Positions 36,096 through 44,426 of a DNA stretch of 64,000 nucleotides are shown here, piece by piece. The notes under the pieces are model-generated. The model was not told where the DNA came from. It worked only from the letters and a program-made list of their open reading frames with translations, and did not search any database. The translations under genes were made by a program, and so were the position numbers. The DNA is taken from sequence record MZ574432.2. One strand, given 5' to 3'. Position 1 is the first letter of the stretch; each line of letters begins with the position of its first letter.

Positions 36096-36466
36096 TGAAC
36101 CTCGACCCGCGCATCGGCATGCTCCAGACCGAACGGGGTCTGGCCTTCTACGCCTATCCCCACGGCTATGACGCGCCGGCCGTGCGCGGCAGCCGCGAGA
36201 AGGTCGAGTTCGCCCTGGGCCTTCGCCATCGACGCTTCGCGCGGATGGCCGACGTCCCACTCGGCCCGTACCTGAGCGTCTATGACGTCGAGATCACCGT
36301 GCGCAGCTACAGCCACGGCTATCACCGCTACACGCGCGGCCCCTATCACTACGAGGGCATCCGTGCCCCGTCCAAATCCGCCGCCAACGACGAGGCCCGC
36401 CGACTGCATGGTCACAAGGGCCATGGCCTACCGTCGGCCAAAGCCACCCTGCGCCAGGACGCCTGA
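36095..36466 (+). CDS. Hypothetical protein
   Basis: TGATG-coupled. Confidence 0.65.
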   Translation: MNLDPRIGMLQTERGLAFYAYPHGYDAPAVRGSREKVEFALGLRHRRFARMADVPLGPYLSVYDVEITVRSYSHGYHRYTRGPYHYEGIRAPSKSAANDEARRLHGHKGHGLPSAKATLRQDA

Positions 36467-36469
36467 TCC

Positions 36470-36850
36470 ATGAAGAAGACCCACAAGATCACGGCCGACG
36501 AGGCCGCCATCATCCGCAAGGCCGCCACCAAGCTGGTCGGCAACGCCCGCGTGCGCCTCGAACTCAACCTCCACGCCAACGACGCCGACCAGGAGGGCTA
36601 CAACACCCTGGCCCTGGGCGAGGAGCACAGCACCGTTGACACCTGCGACTGGGGCCAGTTCCGCAACCGCGTCTTCCCACTGGTCGACGGCGCCGCGCGC
36701 CTGGACATCTCGATCTACACCGTGCGCTCCAAGGACGGCGACTTCGAAGTCCTCAACTACATCTACCCGATCTGGGAAGGCGGCAAGCTCGTGCGCATCG
36801 AGGGCCTGTCGCGCATCGGGGCTGGCTACGCGCCGATCTGGGGCCTCTAG
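36470..36850 (+). CDS. Hypothetical protein
   Basis: GC3-rich ORF. Confidence 0.7.
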   Translation: MKKTHKITADEAAIIRKAATKLVGNARVRLELNLHANDADQEGYNTLALGEEHSTVDTCDWGQFRNRVFPLVDGAARLDISIYTVRSKDGDFEVLNYIYPIWEGGKLVRIEGLSRIGAGYAPIWGL

Positions 36851-36852
36851 CC

Positions 36853-37107
36853 TTGGCGACCAAGCCTAGGCCCGTCGGCGTCCGAGGCCACACCGAGATC
36901 ATCGAGGCGGGTGGCACGCGCGTGCGCTTCTTCTGCCCGCACGGCCATACCCAGATCGAGGACCTGGGACGCAAGTCCCTGCCGATTTCCAAGCGCCTGT
37001 CACCGGGCGCTGTGAAGCTACTTGCGCGCGTCTGGGGCAAAGGGCATGCTGGTGTGACCTTCACCTGTAAGGCCTGCACCAAGGAAAACCATGCCCTCTC
37101 GTCGTGA
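36853..37107 (+). CDS. Small Zn-ribbon protein
   Basis: CPHGH...CKAC. Confidence 0.55.
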   Translation: MATKPRPVGVRGHTEIIEAGGTRVRFFCPHGHTQIEDLGRKSLPISKRLSPGAVKLLARVWGKGHAGVTFTCKACTKENHALSS

Positions 37108-37744
37108 CCTGATCACCGGCGCCCTGGCGCTAGCCGCCGCCTCGGCCCTGCCGGCGATCTCCCTGGCCTCCACGCCCATCGAGCACCGCGCCGAGAAGGT
37201 CCTGGCCAAGGCCGCCCATGCCGGCGGCGTCCTGCCGTTCGATGAGCCAATGGACGCCGACGTGCGTCTGTGGCTCCAGCAACAGGACCTGATGCGCGAG
37301 CGCTATCGCGGCTCCGATGGTCGCCAGGACCTGGGACTGACCCCAGCGGGGCTGGTGGTCGGGCAGCTATCCCTGGCGCGTGCCCTGCACCCGGAGGCTG
37401 GTGAACTCCTGGCCCGGCTGCTGGCCGTCGCGCCCAACCCCTACAGCATCTCGATCCTGCGCGGCGATGACGTCTATCATCGCAACGATATGCTGGCGCC
37501 GGCGGCGGCCGACGGCACCTTGCCCCACCACTTCATCCACGCCCAGACCGATCCCGCCAACTGGGCGATCAGCAGCCTGATGCTGGGCCACCTGCGCCCG
37601 GTCGGCTACGTGGCCAATCTGCGTGATCGAGAGGCCAGCGGTCACCTGCTGCTGGAGCGCACGCCGCTGATGCTCCAGCACTGGACCCACAACCCCGACC
37701 TGGGCAAGCCTTACCGCTACCAGCCCGTGATCATCTGGGACTAG
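37091..37744 (+). CDS. Tat-signal protein, paralog family member 3
   Basis: SRRDLI motif; W....L..GHLRPVGY...LLERTP. Confidence 0.7.
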   Translation: MPSRRDLITGALALAAASALPAISLASTPIEHRAEKVLAKAAHAGGVLPFDEPMDADVRLWLQQQDLMRERYRGSDGRQDLGLTPAGLVVGQLSLARALHPEAGELLARLLAVAPNPYSISILRGDDVYHRNDMLAPAAADGTLPHHFIHAQTDPANWAISSLMLGHLRPVGYVANLRDREASGHLLLERTPLMLQHWTHNPDLGKPYRYQPVIIWD

Positions 37745-37748
37745 GCCG

Positions 37749-37937
37749 ATGCAATCGCCCTTCGAGCCCATGCACTGGACCATCTCGCCGAAGGCCCTGG
37801 AAGCCGACCGCGCCGAATTCGCCGCCCTGCCGCCAGCCATCCGCGCCCGCTTCGACCGGTTTCAGCGCGCCATGGGCTGGCCCACCAGCGCCGAGATCGA
37901 GGCGTCCCTGGCCGATCCGCCTCCCCTTTCTCTTTAA
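37749..37937 (+). CDS. Small hypothetical protein
   Basis: Last ORF before terminator. Confidence 0.55.
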   Translation: MQSPFEPMHWTISPKALEADRAEFAALPPAIRARFDRFQRAMGWPTSAEIEASLADPPPLSL

Positions 37938-37949
37938 TTCCACCCGCCG

Positions 37950-37982
37950 AAGGCGCATCCTTGTGGTGCGCCTTTTTCTTTC
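37950..37982 (+). terminator. Intrinsic terminator
   Basis: AAGGCGCAT/GTGCGCCTT stem followed by T-tract. Confidence 0.75.
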
Positions 37983-37998
37983 ACCATGTCATTTCCGC

Positions 37999-38028
37999 TT
38001 GCACATTCCTTAAAATTCATCATAAATC
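37999..38028 (+). promoter_or_regulatory. AT-rich promoter, probably leaderless
   Basis: TTGCAC-N16-CATAAATC, ATG 6 nt downstream. Confidence 0.5.
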
Positions 38029-38034
38029 TCACTC

Positions 38035-38379
38035 ATGAAGAATTTGCTCACCCCTGAGGCCGTGGCCGACCTGGATTGGATGTATCCCACCCAGCAAGAC
38101 CGCAAAGCTTTGATTTCATTCATCAATGAGTCTTTCGAAGGGACAAGCTTCGCCGACCGCATGGCGCGCGACAGTCACATCGCCGCCTTGGCGCCGAACC
38201 GCAAGACCCGCGAACACCTGCGAGCCCTCCTGCTGCGCTCCCGCCTCGGCGCGGGCCTGGGACTGAAGAAGACGCCCACGCGGACGGCCATCCTCTGGCT
38301 CTTGAACCATCACGCGCCCCTGGCCGCAAGCCTGCACCTAGAAGCGATCGCGCTGGCGCGGGTTTCGCCCCCTCAGTAG
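38035..38379 (+). CDS. Hypothetical protein
   Basis: ORF after promoter. Confidence 0.6.
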   Translation: MKNLLTPEAVADLDWMYPTQQDRKALISFINESFEGTSFADRMARDSHIAALAPNRKTREHLRALLLRSRLGAGLGLKKTPTRTAILWLLNHHAPLAASLHLEAIALARVSPPQ

Positions 38380-38459
38380 CGGAGTGTGCCGCGCGAAGCG
38401 CTCGCGTTATGGTTTTTCAAAGTTGCCTGACGGTTGTCGTATCAACAGGTTTTTCTCGC

Positions 38460-38771
38460 ATGACGAGTCCCAGGTCCCGCCGTTCAGGCACGCCCCCGCG
38501 AGGCGATCTCTCACGCCCTAAGTCCTCCAGCCATCGCTATGTGATCGACCAGCGCTGGTACTCCACCGAGGAGGTCCATGGCCTCATCGTCCAGACCCTG
38601 CCCAAGCTGAAACCCAACGCCCGCACCTGCGACCAGTTGGTCCTGCATCTGGGCTCGGCCGATCTCTCCCAGGGCACGCTCAGCCGCATGCTCAAAACCC
38701 TGGCCAAGAAGGGCGTGCTCGATCAAGTCGCCCACGGCCGCTACACCCTGCCCGCCAAGGACCCCCGATGA
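38460..38771 (+). CDS. Winged-helix DNA-binding protein
   Basis: LSQGTLSRMLKTLAKKGVLDQVAHGRYTL. Confidence 0.7.
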   Translation: MTSPRSRRSGTPPRGDLSRPKSSSHRYVIDQRWYSTEEVHGLIVQTLPKLKPNARTCDQLVLHLGSADLSQGTLSRMLKTLAKKGVLDQVAHGRYTLPAKDPR

Positions 38772-39964
38772 CCGAGCCCAAGAAGAGAGGCCGCCGCGCC
38801 GGCGAGAGCAACAAGACCCGCTACATCAACGGCGTGGCCTTCGAGACCCGCGAGTTCGTCAACAAGCTGATCGAGACCATCAACGCCCTGCGCGATCTGC
38901 CTGTCCCCACCGTCCAGGGCATCGTCGACCTGTGGGCCGATCCCTACTGGACCAGCACCGAGGGCGACCTTGATCTGCGCCGCTGCCTGCATCGCATGCA
39001 CCAGCAGGGCAACCTGATCCGCGAGACGCGCGGCGTCTACCGGGTGTCGGACGTCCTGCACCTGCGCGCCTCCCATGATCTGCAACTGATCGCCGAGCGC
39101 ACCTTGCGCGACCTGGGGGGGTTCGCCTCGGCCAAGACCCTGCGTAGGGCCATGGGCTATTCGGCCGAGGAAGCCGTCAACGCCAACCTCTGGCACGCCC
39201 TGCGCCTGGAAGGCTCGCGCATCCGCCGCGACTTCCGCGAGCGCTACCTTTACAACCTCCCCGCCGAGGACCTGCGCAACCTCGTCCTGGCCGGCAAGTG
39301 GGCGCTGCCCTACTATCGCGGGGTCTATCTGGGCATGGCCAGCGCCGAACCGGGCGAGCGTCCCTGGCGCGCGCTCGTTGATCTGCACATCACCGCCGTC
39401 GGGTCGGCCTTCCAGACCGCGCGGCTGATCTGCGGCCTGGAGATCGAGGACCTGATCGCCCTCAAGCCGAACCGCGTCGACGGCGAGAGCCCCCACGTCT
39501 ATCCCGATCTGGTCAAGGCCATCGACGCGGCGCGCTACGCCAATCCAGCCCGGCGATCGGTCAGCGAGTATCGCCGCGAGATCAAGAACAAGGTCGTCGT
39601 CGGACAGCGCGAGAACCGCAATGGCCGCCTCGTCGACGAGGTCGCCGAAATCCCGATCGAGGATCACGAGGAAAAAGCCGTCTTCGCCGACGACCTGCGC
39701 CGCGCCTTCCTGCGCTCGATCGAGAGCCCCGGCGCCGATCCTGATCCGCGCTATCTCGACGACAGCGACTATCGCTTCCTGCCGGCCGAGTTCTTCACCG
39801 CCGCCGCCGCGATCTTCAAATGCGATCCCGTCGACCTGTCCTGGGGACGGGTGGGGCCGCGCGCCGACCTCGGCTGGCATACACGACGCGACAGCCGCAA
39901 CCACGCTCAGCCCGAGTTCGAGGATGAAGACCTCACCGAAGAGGGCGATCGCCAGGAGACCTGA
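38768..39964 (+). CDS. Multi-domain DNA-binding protein (winged-helix-like domains)
   Basis: LRRCLHRMHQQGNLIRETRGVYRV wing; second helix-wing-like segment; ATGA-coupled. Confidence 0.6.
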   Translation: MTEPKKRGRRAGESNKTRYINGVAFETREFVNKLIETINALRDLPVPTVQGIVDLWADPYWTSTEGDLDLRRCLHRMHQQGNLIRETRGVYRVSDVLHLRASHDLQLIAERTLRDLGGFASAKTLRRAMGYSAEEAVNANLWHALRLEGSRIRRDFRERYLYNLPAEDLRNLVLAGKWALPYYRGVYLGMASAEPGERPWRALVDLHITAVGSAFQTARLICGLEIEDLIALKPNRVDGESPHVYPDLVKAIDAARYANPARRSVSEYRREIKNKVVVGQRENRNGRLVDEVAEIPIEDHEEKAVFADDLRRAFLRSIESPGADPDPRYLDDSDYRFLPAEFFTAAAAIFKCDPVDLSWGRVGPRADLGWHTRRDSRNHAQPEFEDEDLTEEGDRQET

Positions 39965-39979
39965 AACCCTTGGCGTGCT

Positions 39980-39996
39980 TGGCCCGAAGGGCCTTT
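39980..39996 (+). terminator. Short intrinsic terminator
   Basis: GGCCC-GAA-GGGCC-TTTT. Confidence 0.55.
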
Positions 39997-40104
39997 TAGG
40001 GGCTGCCCGGTCATGAAAAATAGACAGGTAAGACTCTTGGTGTACTGAAAGACAACAAAAAGACTAGACCTGAACAGGGGGTGGGCGGTGCAGACACGGC
40101 CTGC

Positions 40105-40303
40105 CCCTATAAGCTTATACACATACATGGTGTATTAAACGACAAGGGAACGACATACTCAGGAGCGGCGGAAAAGGTCCCTTCCCTATAAGCTTATACA
40201 CATACATGGTGTATTAAACGACATATAAAAGGTATGAGCCACAGGCTCTCACAGACATGCCGCCCTTATAAGCTACACCACATACATGGTGTATTAAATG
40301 ACA
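40105..40303. repeat. Three 40-bp direct repeats with unique 39/40-bp spacers (CRISPR-like mini-array or iterons)
   Basis: CCCTATAAGCTTATACACATACATGGTGTATTAAACGACA at 40105 and 40184 (identical), variant at 40264. Confidence 0.85.
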
Positions 40304-40833
40304 TGTTAAAGGCATCACTCCCCCACTCCACACAGGAGACAGGGCGAAGCTTTCTCACAACCACACTCCCTATCATTCTTTTTATTTATTATTAAATACA
40401 CCAATTTATCCCTCTTATAGAATAGGAAAAGAAGGAATCTTCTACTTTGGTGTAAAAAGAGTAGAGACAACCTTTGAGAGAGTGATCCCCAGCCTGCATG
40501 GTCCAGACGAAGAGACGATGAGAGGACGGCGAAGGGAGGGCGACACGATTTGCGACACCTCCCGGTAGGACGACACCGAGGGGACGATCCTGACCAGCCG
40601 ACGTCACGACACCCGACACCGCGATGATGAGTGCGCGACCGGCGAACGGAGGGCGCAGCCCGAGTGAGGTGGGAGGCGTAGCTGACCTGGACTCCTGGTG
40701 ATCGAACCGTCCTGGCTCCAGCCGCTCGATGCCGAGGTCTTCGAGGATTCTGGGGAAACTGATCCCGACCGGCGACGAGGGCGAAGCCCGAGGCGGTGGG
40801 ATGGGGCGTCGATCATGACCCATGTCGTGTTTG

Positions 40834-40862
40834 TTGACATGTGTCACGTGACGTGGCATGAA
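40834..40862 (+). promoter_or_regulatory. Promoter with GTCACGTGAC palindrome
   Basis: TTGACA at 40834; palindrome at 40843-40852; upstream of ORF 40907. Confidence 0.5.
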
Positions 40863-40906
40863 GGATTCAAGATGGTTAACGGACACCATCTTCAGGACCT
40901 CCCGAA

Positions 40907-41636
40907 ATGTTCACGCCCATCCGCGCCGCCAGCCTCGACGACCCCCGCCCCCAACTGGGCGATGGGGCTGTTCTGACCGCCGCCGTCAAGCTGGTGCTGC
41001 CCAGCTTCGTCGAGTGGACCAAGGCGCGCGGTCTGGACCTGACCGACGAGCAGATCACCTTCGCGGTGGAACTCGCGCTCAAGCAGTCCAAGACCGCCGG
41101 CGTGGATTGGGCCTGGACTTCGGCCAAGGTCCTGGAGACCGCCTTTGGCCTGCCCGGCGATGGCAAGCTGATCGCCCGCCTCGAAGCGGTGATCGCCAAC
41201 CAGAAGCTGGCCTGGGAGCGCGAGACGCGCGCCTGGGTCCTGCGCACCGGCTATCGCATCCCGGCCGACGAGCAGGAGAAGGTCGAGGCCCTGGTCGAGG
41301 GCGTGCCCGTCGTGTGGCAAGATCGTCGGCGTCTCGCGCGGCCTGGGCGTGGCCTATCTCCAGACCGAGGACGGGACCCAGACCTTCCGCATCGACGGCG
41401 AGGACATCATCGCCAACCACACCCAGGGCCGCTTTGCCCCCGAGACCCCGATCCTGGGCTCGCGCTATGAGGATGCGCCGGCCCTGGCGCTGGCCGCCGA
41501 GGCGCAGCGTCGCAAGAAGCCGGCCGGCAAGTTCGCCCAGCCGGCGAGCGATGCACGCACCCGCCAGCAACAGATCGCCGACGCCTACAAGGCCGGCACG
41601 TTCGGCGCGGACGCCGATGGTCCTGGAGCGGCCTGA
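40907..41636 (+). pseudogene. Hypothetical gene with apparent +1 frameshift near 41312-41316
   Basis: Coding bias moves from frame of 40907 to frame of 41349 at GTCGTGTGGCAAG; second frame ends TGATG-coupled. Confidence 0.6.
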
Positions 41637-41746
41637 TGTTCGACAGCATCCCCATTTTCGTCGGCGGCCTCGTGCTGGTGATCGTCCTGCTCACCGCCCT
41701 GATCCGTGTCGCCGACGACCGTTACGACCGGAGCAGCTTCAAGTGA
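41636..41746 (+). CDS. Single-TM peptide (36 aa)
   Basis: MFDSIPIFVGGLVLVIVLLTALIR; coupled. Confidence 0.65.
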   Translation: MFDSIPIFVGGLVLVIVLLTALIRVADDRYDRSSFK

Positions 41747-41886
41747 GCCTCTTTCTGACCATCCTCGCCATCCTGACGCTCATCGTCGTGTTGGTGATCG
41801 CCGCCTTCTACTTCGGCGTCTTCGTCCTGCTCTACGCCCTGGCTGGCATGTTCGAGACCAACGGCTCCAAGTGGGGCAAGGCATGA
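41743..41886 (+). CDS. Single-TM peptide (47 aa)
   Basis: MSLFLTILAILTLIVVLVIAAF; coupled. Confidence 0.65.
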   Translation: MSLFLTILAILTLIVVLVIAAFYFGVFVLLYALAGMFETNGSKWGKA

Positions 41887-42026
41887 CCCTGCTGCTCACC
41901 GCCATCATGGTCCTGGGACCCTATCTGGTCATGTTCGGCATGCTGGGCGTGGCCGCCCTCGCCGTCTGGATGTGGTCGGGCCTGATCGCCAAGGCCCTCG
42001 CCGGCCAGACCAAGGACGACCAATGA
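41883..42026 (+). CDS. TM peptide (47 aa)
   Basis: MTLLLTAIMVLGPYLVMFG; coupled. Confidence 0.65.
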   Translation: MTLLLTAIMVLGPYLVMFGMLGVAALAVWMWSGLIAKALAGQTKDDQ

Positions 42027-42283
42027 CCTTCGCCCTCACCCTCCTGGGCTGGCTGCTCAAGTCGATCCTGGTCCTGCTGATCACGGTCGCTGCCGGCACG
42101 ATCCTGGTCGTGGTCCTCTATTTCGGCCTGATCCTGCTGGGCGTGATGACGGGCATCGTCCTGGTCGCGGCCGAGATGCGCAAGGAGGCCGTCACCATCG
42201 ACCACAAGGTCAGCGTCTCGACGGCCGGCGACCTGAAGGTCACCAAGGCCCAGATCGCCAAGCTGGCGGCCACACGCGCCTAG
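42023..42283 (+). CDS. Membrane protein (86 aa)
   Basis: Long hydrophobic N-terminal half. Confidence 0.65.
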   Translation: MTFALTLLGWLLKSILVLLITVAAGTILVVVLYFGLILLGVMTGIVLVAAEMRKEAVTIDHKVSVSTAGDLKVTKAQIAKLAATRA

Positions 42284-42291
42284 GCCTGATC

Positions 42292-42375
42292 TTGAACGAC
42301 TTCCTCACCCTGGGGCTGGTGGCGATCCTCGCCTTCGCCCTGTTCTTCAACTCCGACCCGGACAACACACGATGA
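42292..42375 (+). CDS. Single-TM peptide (27 aa)
   Basis: TTG start; MNDFLTLGLVAILAFALFF; ATGA-coupled to next gene. Confidence 0.5.
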   Translation: MNDFLTLGLVAILAFALFFNSDPDNTR

Positions 42376-42524
42376 GCATGCTGCTGCAAGTGACCCTGGT
42401 GCTGGTCGGCGTCGCCCTGGTGGCGGGCCTTGCCTGGGCCATGGAGCACGTCGAGGACGCCATCCACCAGACGATCGACTATTCGGATCGCTTCACCGAG
42501 AAGGCCGCCGAGGCCCCCGAATGA
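42372..42524 (+). CDS. Single-TM peptide (50 aa)
   Basis: MSMLLQVTLVLVGVALVAGLAW. Confidence 0.6.
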   Translation: MSMLLQVTLVLVGVALVAGLAWAMEHVEDAIHQTIDYSDRFTEKAAEAPE

Positions 42525-42607
42525 TCGAGATCGTCTTCGCCGCCGGCGTCGCCCTGGTGCTGGTCATCGCCATCTTCCGGGTCGTCGACCACTACGATGG
42601 TCAGTAG
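42521..42607 (+). CDS. Single-TM peptide (28 aa)
   Basis: MIEIVFAAGVALVLVIAIFR. Confidence 0.6.
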   Translation: MIEIVFAAGVALVLVIAIFRVVDHYDGQ

Positions 42608-42609
42608 CC

Positions 42610-42681
42610 ATGAGCGTCTTGATCATCGGTGTCTTCATCGTCTGGCTGGCCTATGCCAGCGCCCGTAATCTACGCGTGTAA
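42610..42681 (+). CDS. Single-TM peptide (23 aa)
   Basis: MSVLIIGVFIVWLAYASARNLRV. Confidence 0.55.
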   Translation: MSVLIIGVFIVWLAYASARNLRV

Positions 42682-42682
42682 C

Positions 42683-42769
42683 ATGATCTGGACCATCCTC
42701 GGCTGGGTTCTGGGCATCTCGATCGTGGTGCTCATGTTCGCCACCTCCAACGGTAGAACCTGCGAATGA
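42683..42769 (+). CDS. Single-TM peptide (28 aa)
   Basis: MIWTILGWVLGISIVVLMF. Confidence 0.6.
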   Translation: MIWTILGWVLGISIVVLMFATSNGRTCE

Positions 42770-42945
42770 CCTTCTTCCTACTGCTGGCCCTGGCGATCGG
42801 CTGCTTCTACGGGCTCTGCCGTTCGTTCGAGAAGATGATCCAGAGCGACGGCGCCCTGGTCTTTCCGATCCTGTGGTTTTCCGCCCTGTGTCTTTCGGCC
42901 GGCGCGACTGACTACTGGCTCGTGCTCCACGGTCTGTTCGGATGA
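42766..42945 (+). CDS. Two-TM peptide (59 aa)
   Basis: MTFFLLLALAIGCFYGL...LVFPILWFSALCL. Confidence 0.6.
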   Translation: MTFFLLLALAIGCFYGLCRSFEKMIQSDGALVFPILWFSALCLSAGATDYWLVLHGLFG

Positions 42946-43112
42946 TTGCGGCGGCTGGAGCGGTCGGGGCGCTCGCCGCCCAGCGCATCCGTGAGCGCGG
43001 TGATCCGCCGCCCGCGCCGATGACCCGCGCCGAGACCATGATCCTGCTGACCGAGGCCTGCGTGATGGTCCTGGCCGTGGCGATCGTCATCGCCGTCTGC
43101 ATGGCGGCCTGA
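42942..43112 (+). CDS. TM peptide (56 aa)
   Basis: C-terminal hydrophobic helix; ATGA-coupled. Confidence 0.5.
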   Translation: MIAAAGAVGALAAQRIRERGDPPPAPMTRAETMILLTEACVMVLAVAIVIAVCMAA

Positions 43113-43114
43113 CC

Positions 43115-43633
43115 ATGCGTATTCTCGGGGTCGACCCCGGCACCAAGGGCGCGCTGGCCATCCTCGACACCGTCAAGTGGACGGTGGCCATCATCGACAT
43201 GCCCCTGGAGATCGGCACCAAGGGCAAGGAGAAGGTCTCCGCCCAGGGCGTGCTCGAAGTCGTCCGCGCCGCCGCCCCCGACGCGGCCTTCCTCGAAGAG
43301 GTCCACGCCAGCCCGCAGATGGGCGTGACCTCGGCCTTTTCGTTCGGCGACGGCTATGGCTGCACCCGCACGGCGATCCTGGCCTATGGCTGCGCGCTCT
43401 GGCCGATCCGCCCCCAGGTCTGGAAGCCGGCCATGAAGGCGCCCAAGGACAAGAAGCAGGCCACCACCCGCGCCAGCCAACTGGTCCCCGCCGCCCACAG
43501 CATCCTCTTTGGACCGCGTGGCGGCGCCTATGACGGACGGGCCGAGGCCCTGTTGCTCAGCCTCTATGGCTGCTTCCACCTCAAGGACGTGCCCAAGAAG
43601 GCCCTCACCCTCGTGCCGTTCCCGACCCTCTAA
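43115..43633 (+). CDS. ruvC: RuvC-like Holliday junction resolvase
   Basis: ILGVDPG, FLEEV, FSFGDGYG, PQVWK, DGRAEALL. Confidence 0.85.
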   Translation: MRILGVDPGTKGALAILDTVKWTVAIIDMPLEIGTKGKEKVSAQGVLEVVRAAAPDAAFLEEVHASPQMGVTSAFSFGDGYGCTRTAILAYGCALWPIRPQVWKPAMKAPKDKKQATTRASQLVPAAHSILFGPRGGAYDGRAEALLLSLYGCFHLKDVPKKALTLVPFPTL

Positions 43634-43655
43634 GCTTACCCGAGTAGCACCCAGT

Positions 43656-44210
43656 ATGACCGGCTATACCGTCCAGCCCTACCAGTATCGGCCCAAGAAG
43701 GCCCGCCTGCGCGACAACACCGCCCTGGCCCTGCTGGACCTGCGTCCGCGCCGGCCCGCCCCCACCGTCGCCGCCTACCAGCCGCGCAAGAAGCGCGCCC
43801 GCCTGACCGGGCCATACCTGCCGCTCGATGCGCTGAAGGCTGGCCATACCCGGCCATACCAGCCCACCAGCCGTCCCCAGGGCGTAACCCGCGCCGGCGT
43901 CCACCCCGTCTACGACGAGTGCTTCGCCACCGCCGACCACGTCTATGAGGAACCGCGCGGCCCCGAGATCGTGCCGATCGGCATCCTCGATGAGCGTGGG
44001 ATCATGCTCTGCCGCGTGACCATGCCGATCAAACAGCAGTTGGGCATCAACACTGGCGGCAACGCCTGGACCGGTGATTTCGACGAAGAGGTCGAGGCGC
44101 TGGTTCCGGCCGACATGCTGCGCATCTCCACTGGCGGCGGCGGCGTCAGCGAGATCGACGCCTCGGAGTTCGACGAGGATTTCGACGATGAGGACGAGGA
44201 CCTCTTCTAG
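43656..44210 (+). CDS. Hypothetical protein, basic N-terminus and acidic tail
   Basis: YQYRPKKARL / YQPRKKRARL internal repeat. Confidence 0.65.
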   Translation: MTGYTVQPYQYRPKKARLRDNTALALLDLRPRRPAPTVAAYQPRKKRARLTGPYLPLDALKAGHTRPYQPTSRPQGVTRAGVHPVYDECFATADHVYEEPRGPEIVPIGILDERGIMLCRVTMPIKQQLGINTGGNAWTGDFDEEVEALVPADMLRISTGGGGVSEIDASEFDEDFDDEDEDLF

Positions 44211-44213
44211 GCC

Positions 44214-44426
44214 ATGAACATCGACTTCACCCCCATCTTCGTCATGGCCTTCATCGGCCTTGTCGCCTGTGGCGCGGGCGCCGGCGCGCTCCTGGCCCTG
44301 CTGATCGCCTTGCCGGCCATGCTCTGGAGCCACAGTTTCGTCGGAAGCGGCGACTACGCCCTGATCGGCGCCGGCGCCGGCGTGGTTCTCACCGCCCTGT
44401 GGGTCTATCGGGGGATGCGCCCATGA
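44214..44426 (+). CDS. Small membrane protein
   Basis: Two TM segments. Confidence 0.65.
   Translation: MNIDFTPIFVMAFIGLVACGAGAGALLALLIALPAMLWSHSFVGSGDYALIGAGAGVVLTALWVYRGMRP

Noticed and set aside
40105-40303. Complete CRISPR-Cas locus
   Set aside because: No cas motif in any nearby ORF and only two spacers; kept only as a CRISPR-like repeat.
40392-40889. 165-aa minus-strand ORF beside the array
   Set aside because: Poor codon bias, low-complexity Pro/Arg/Ser content, runs into AT-rich non-coding DNA.
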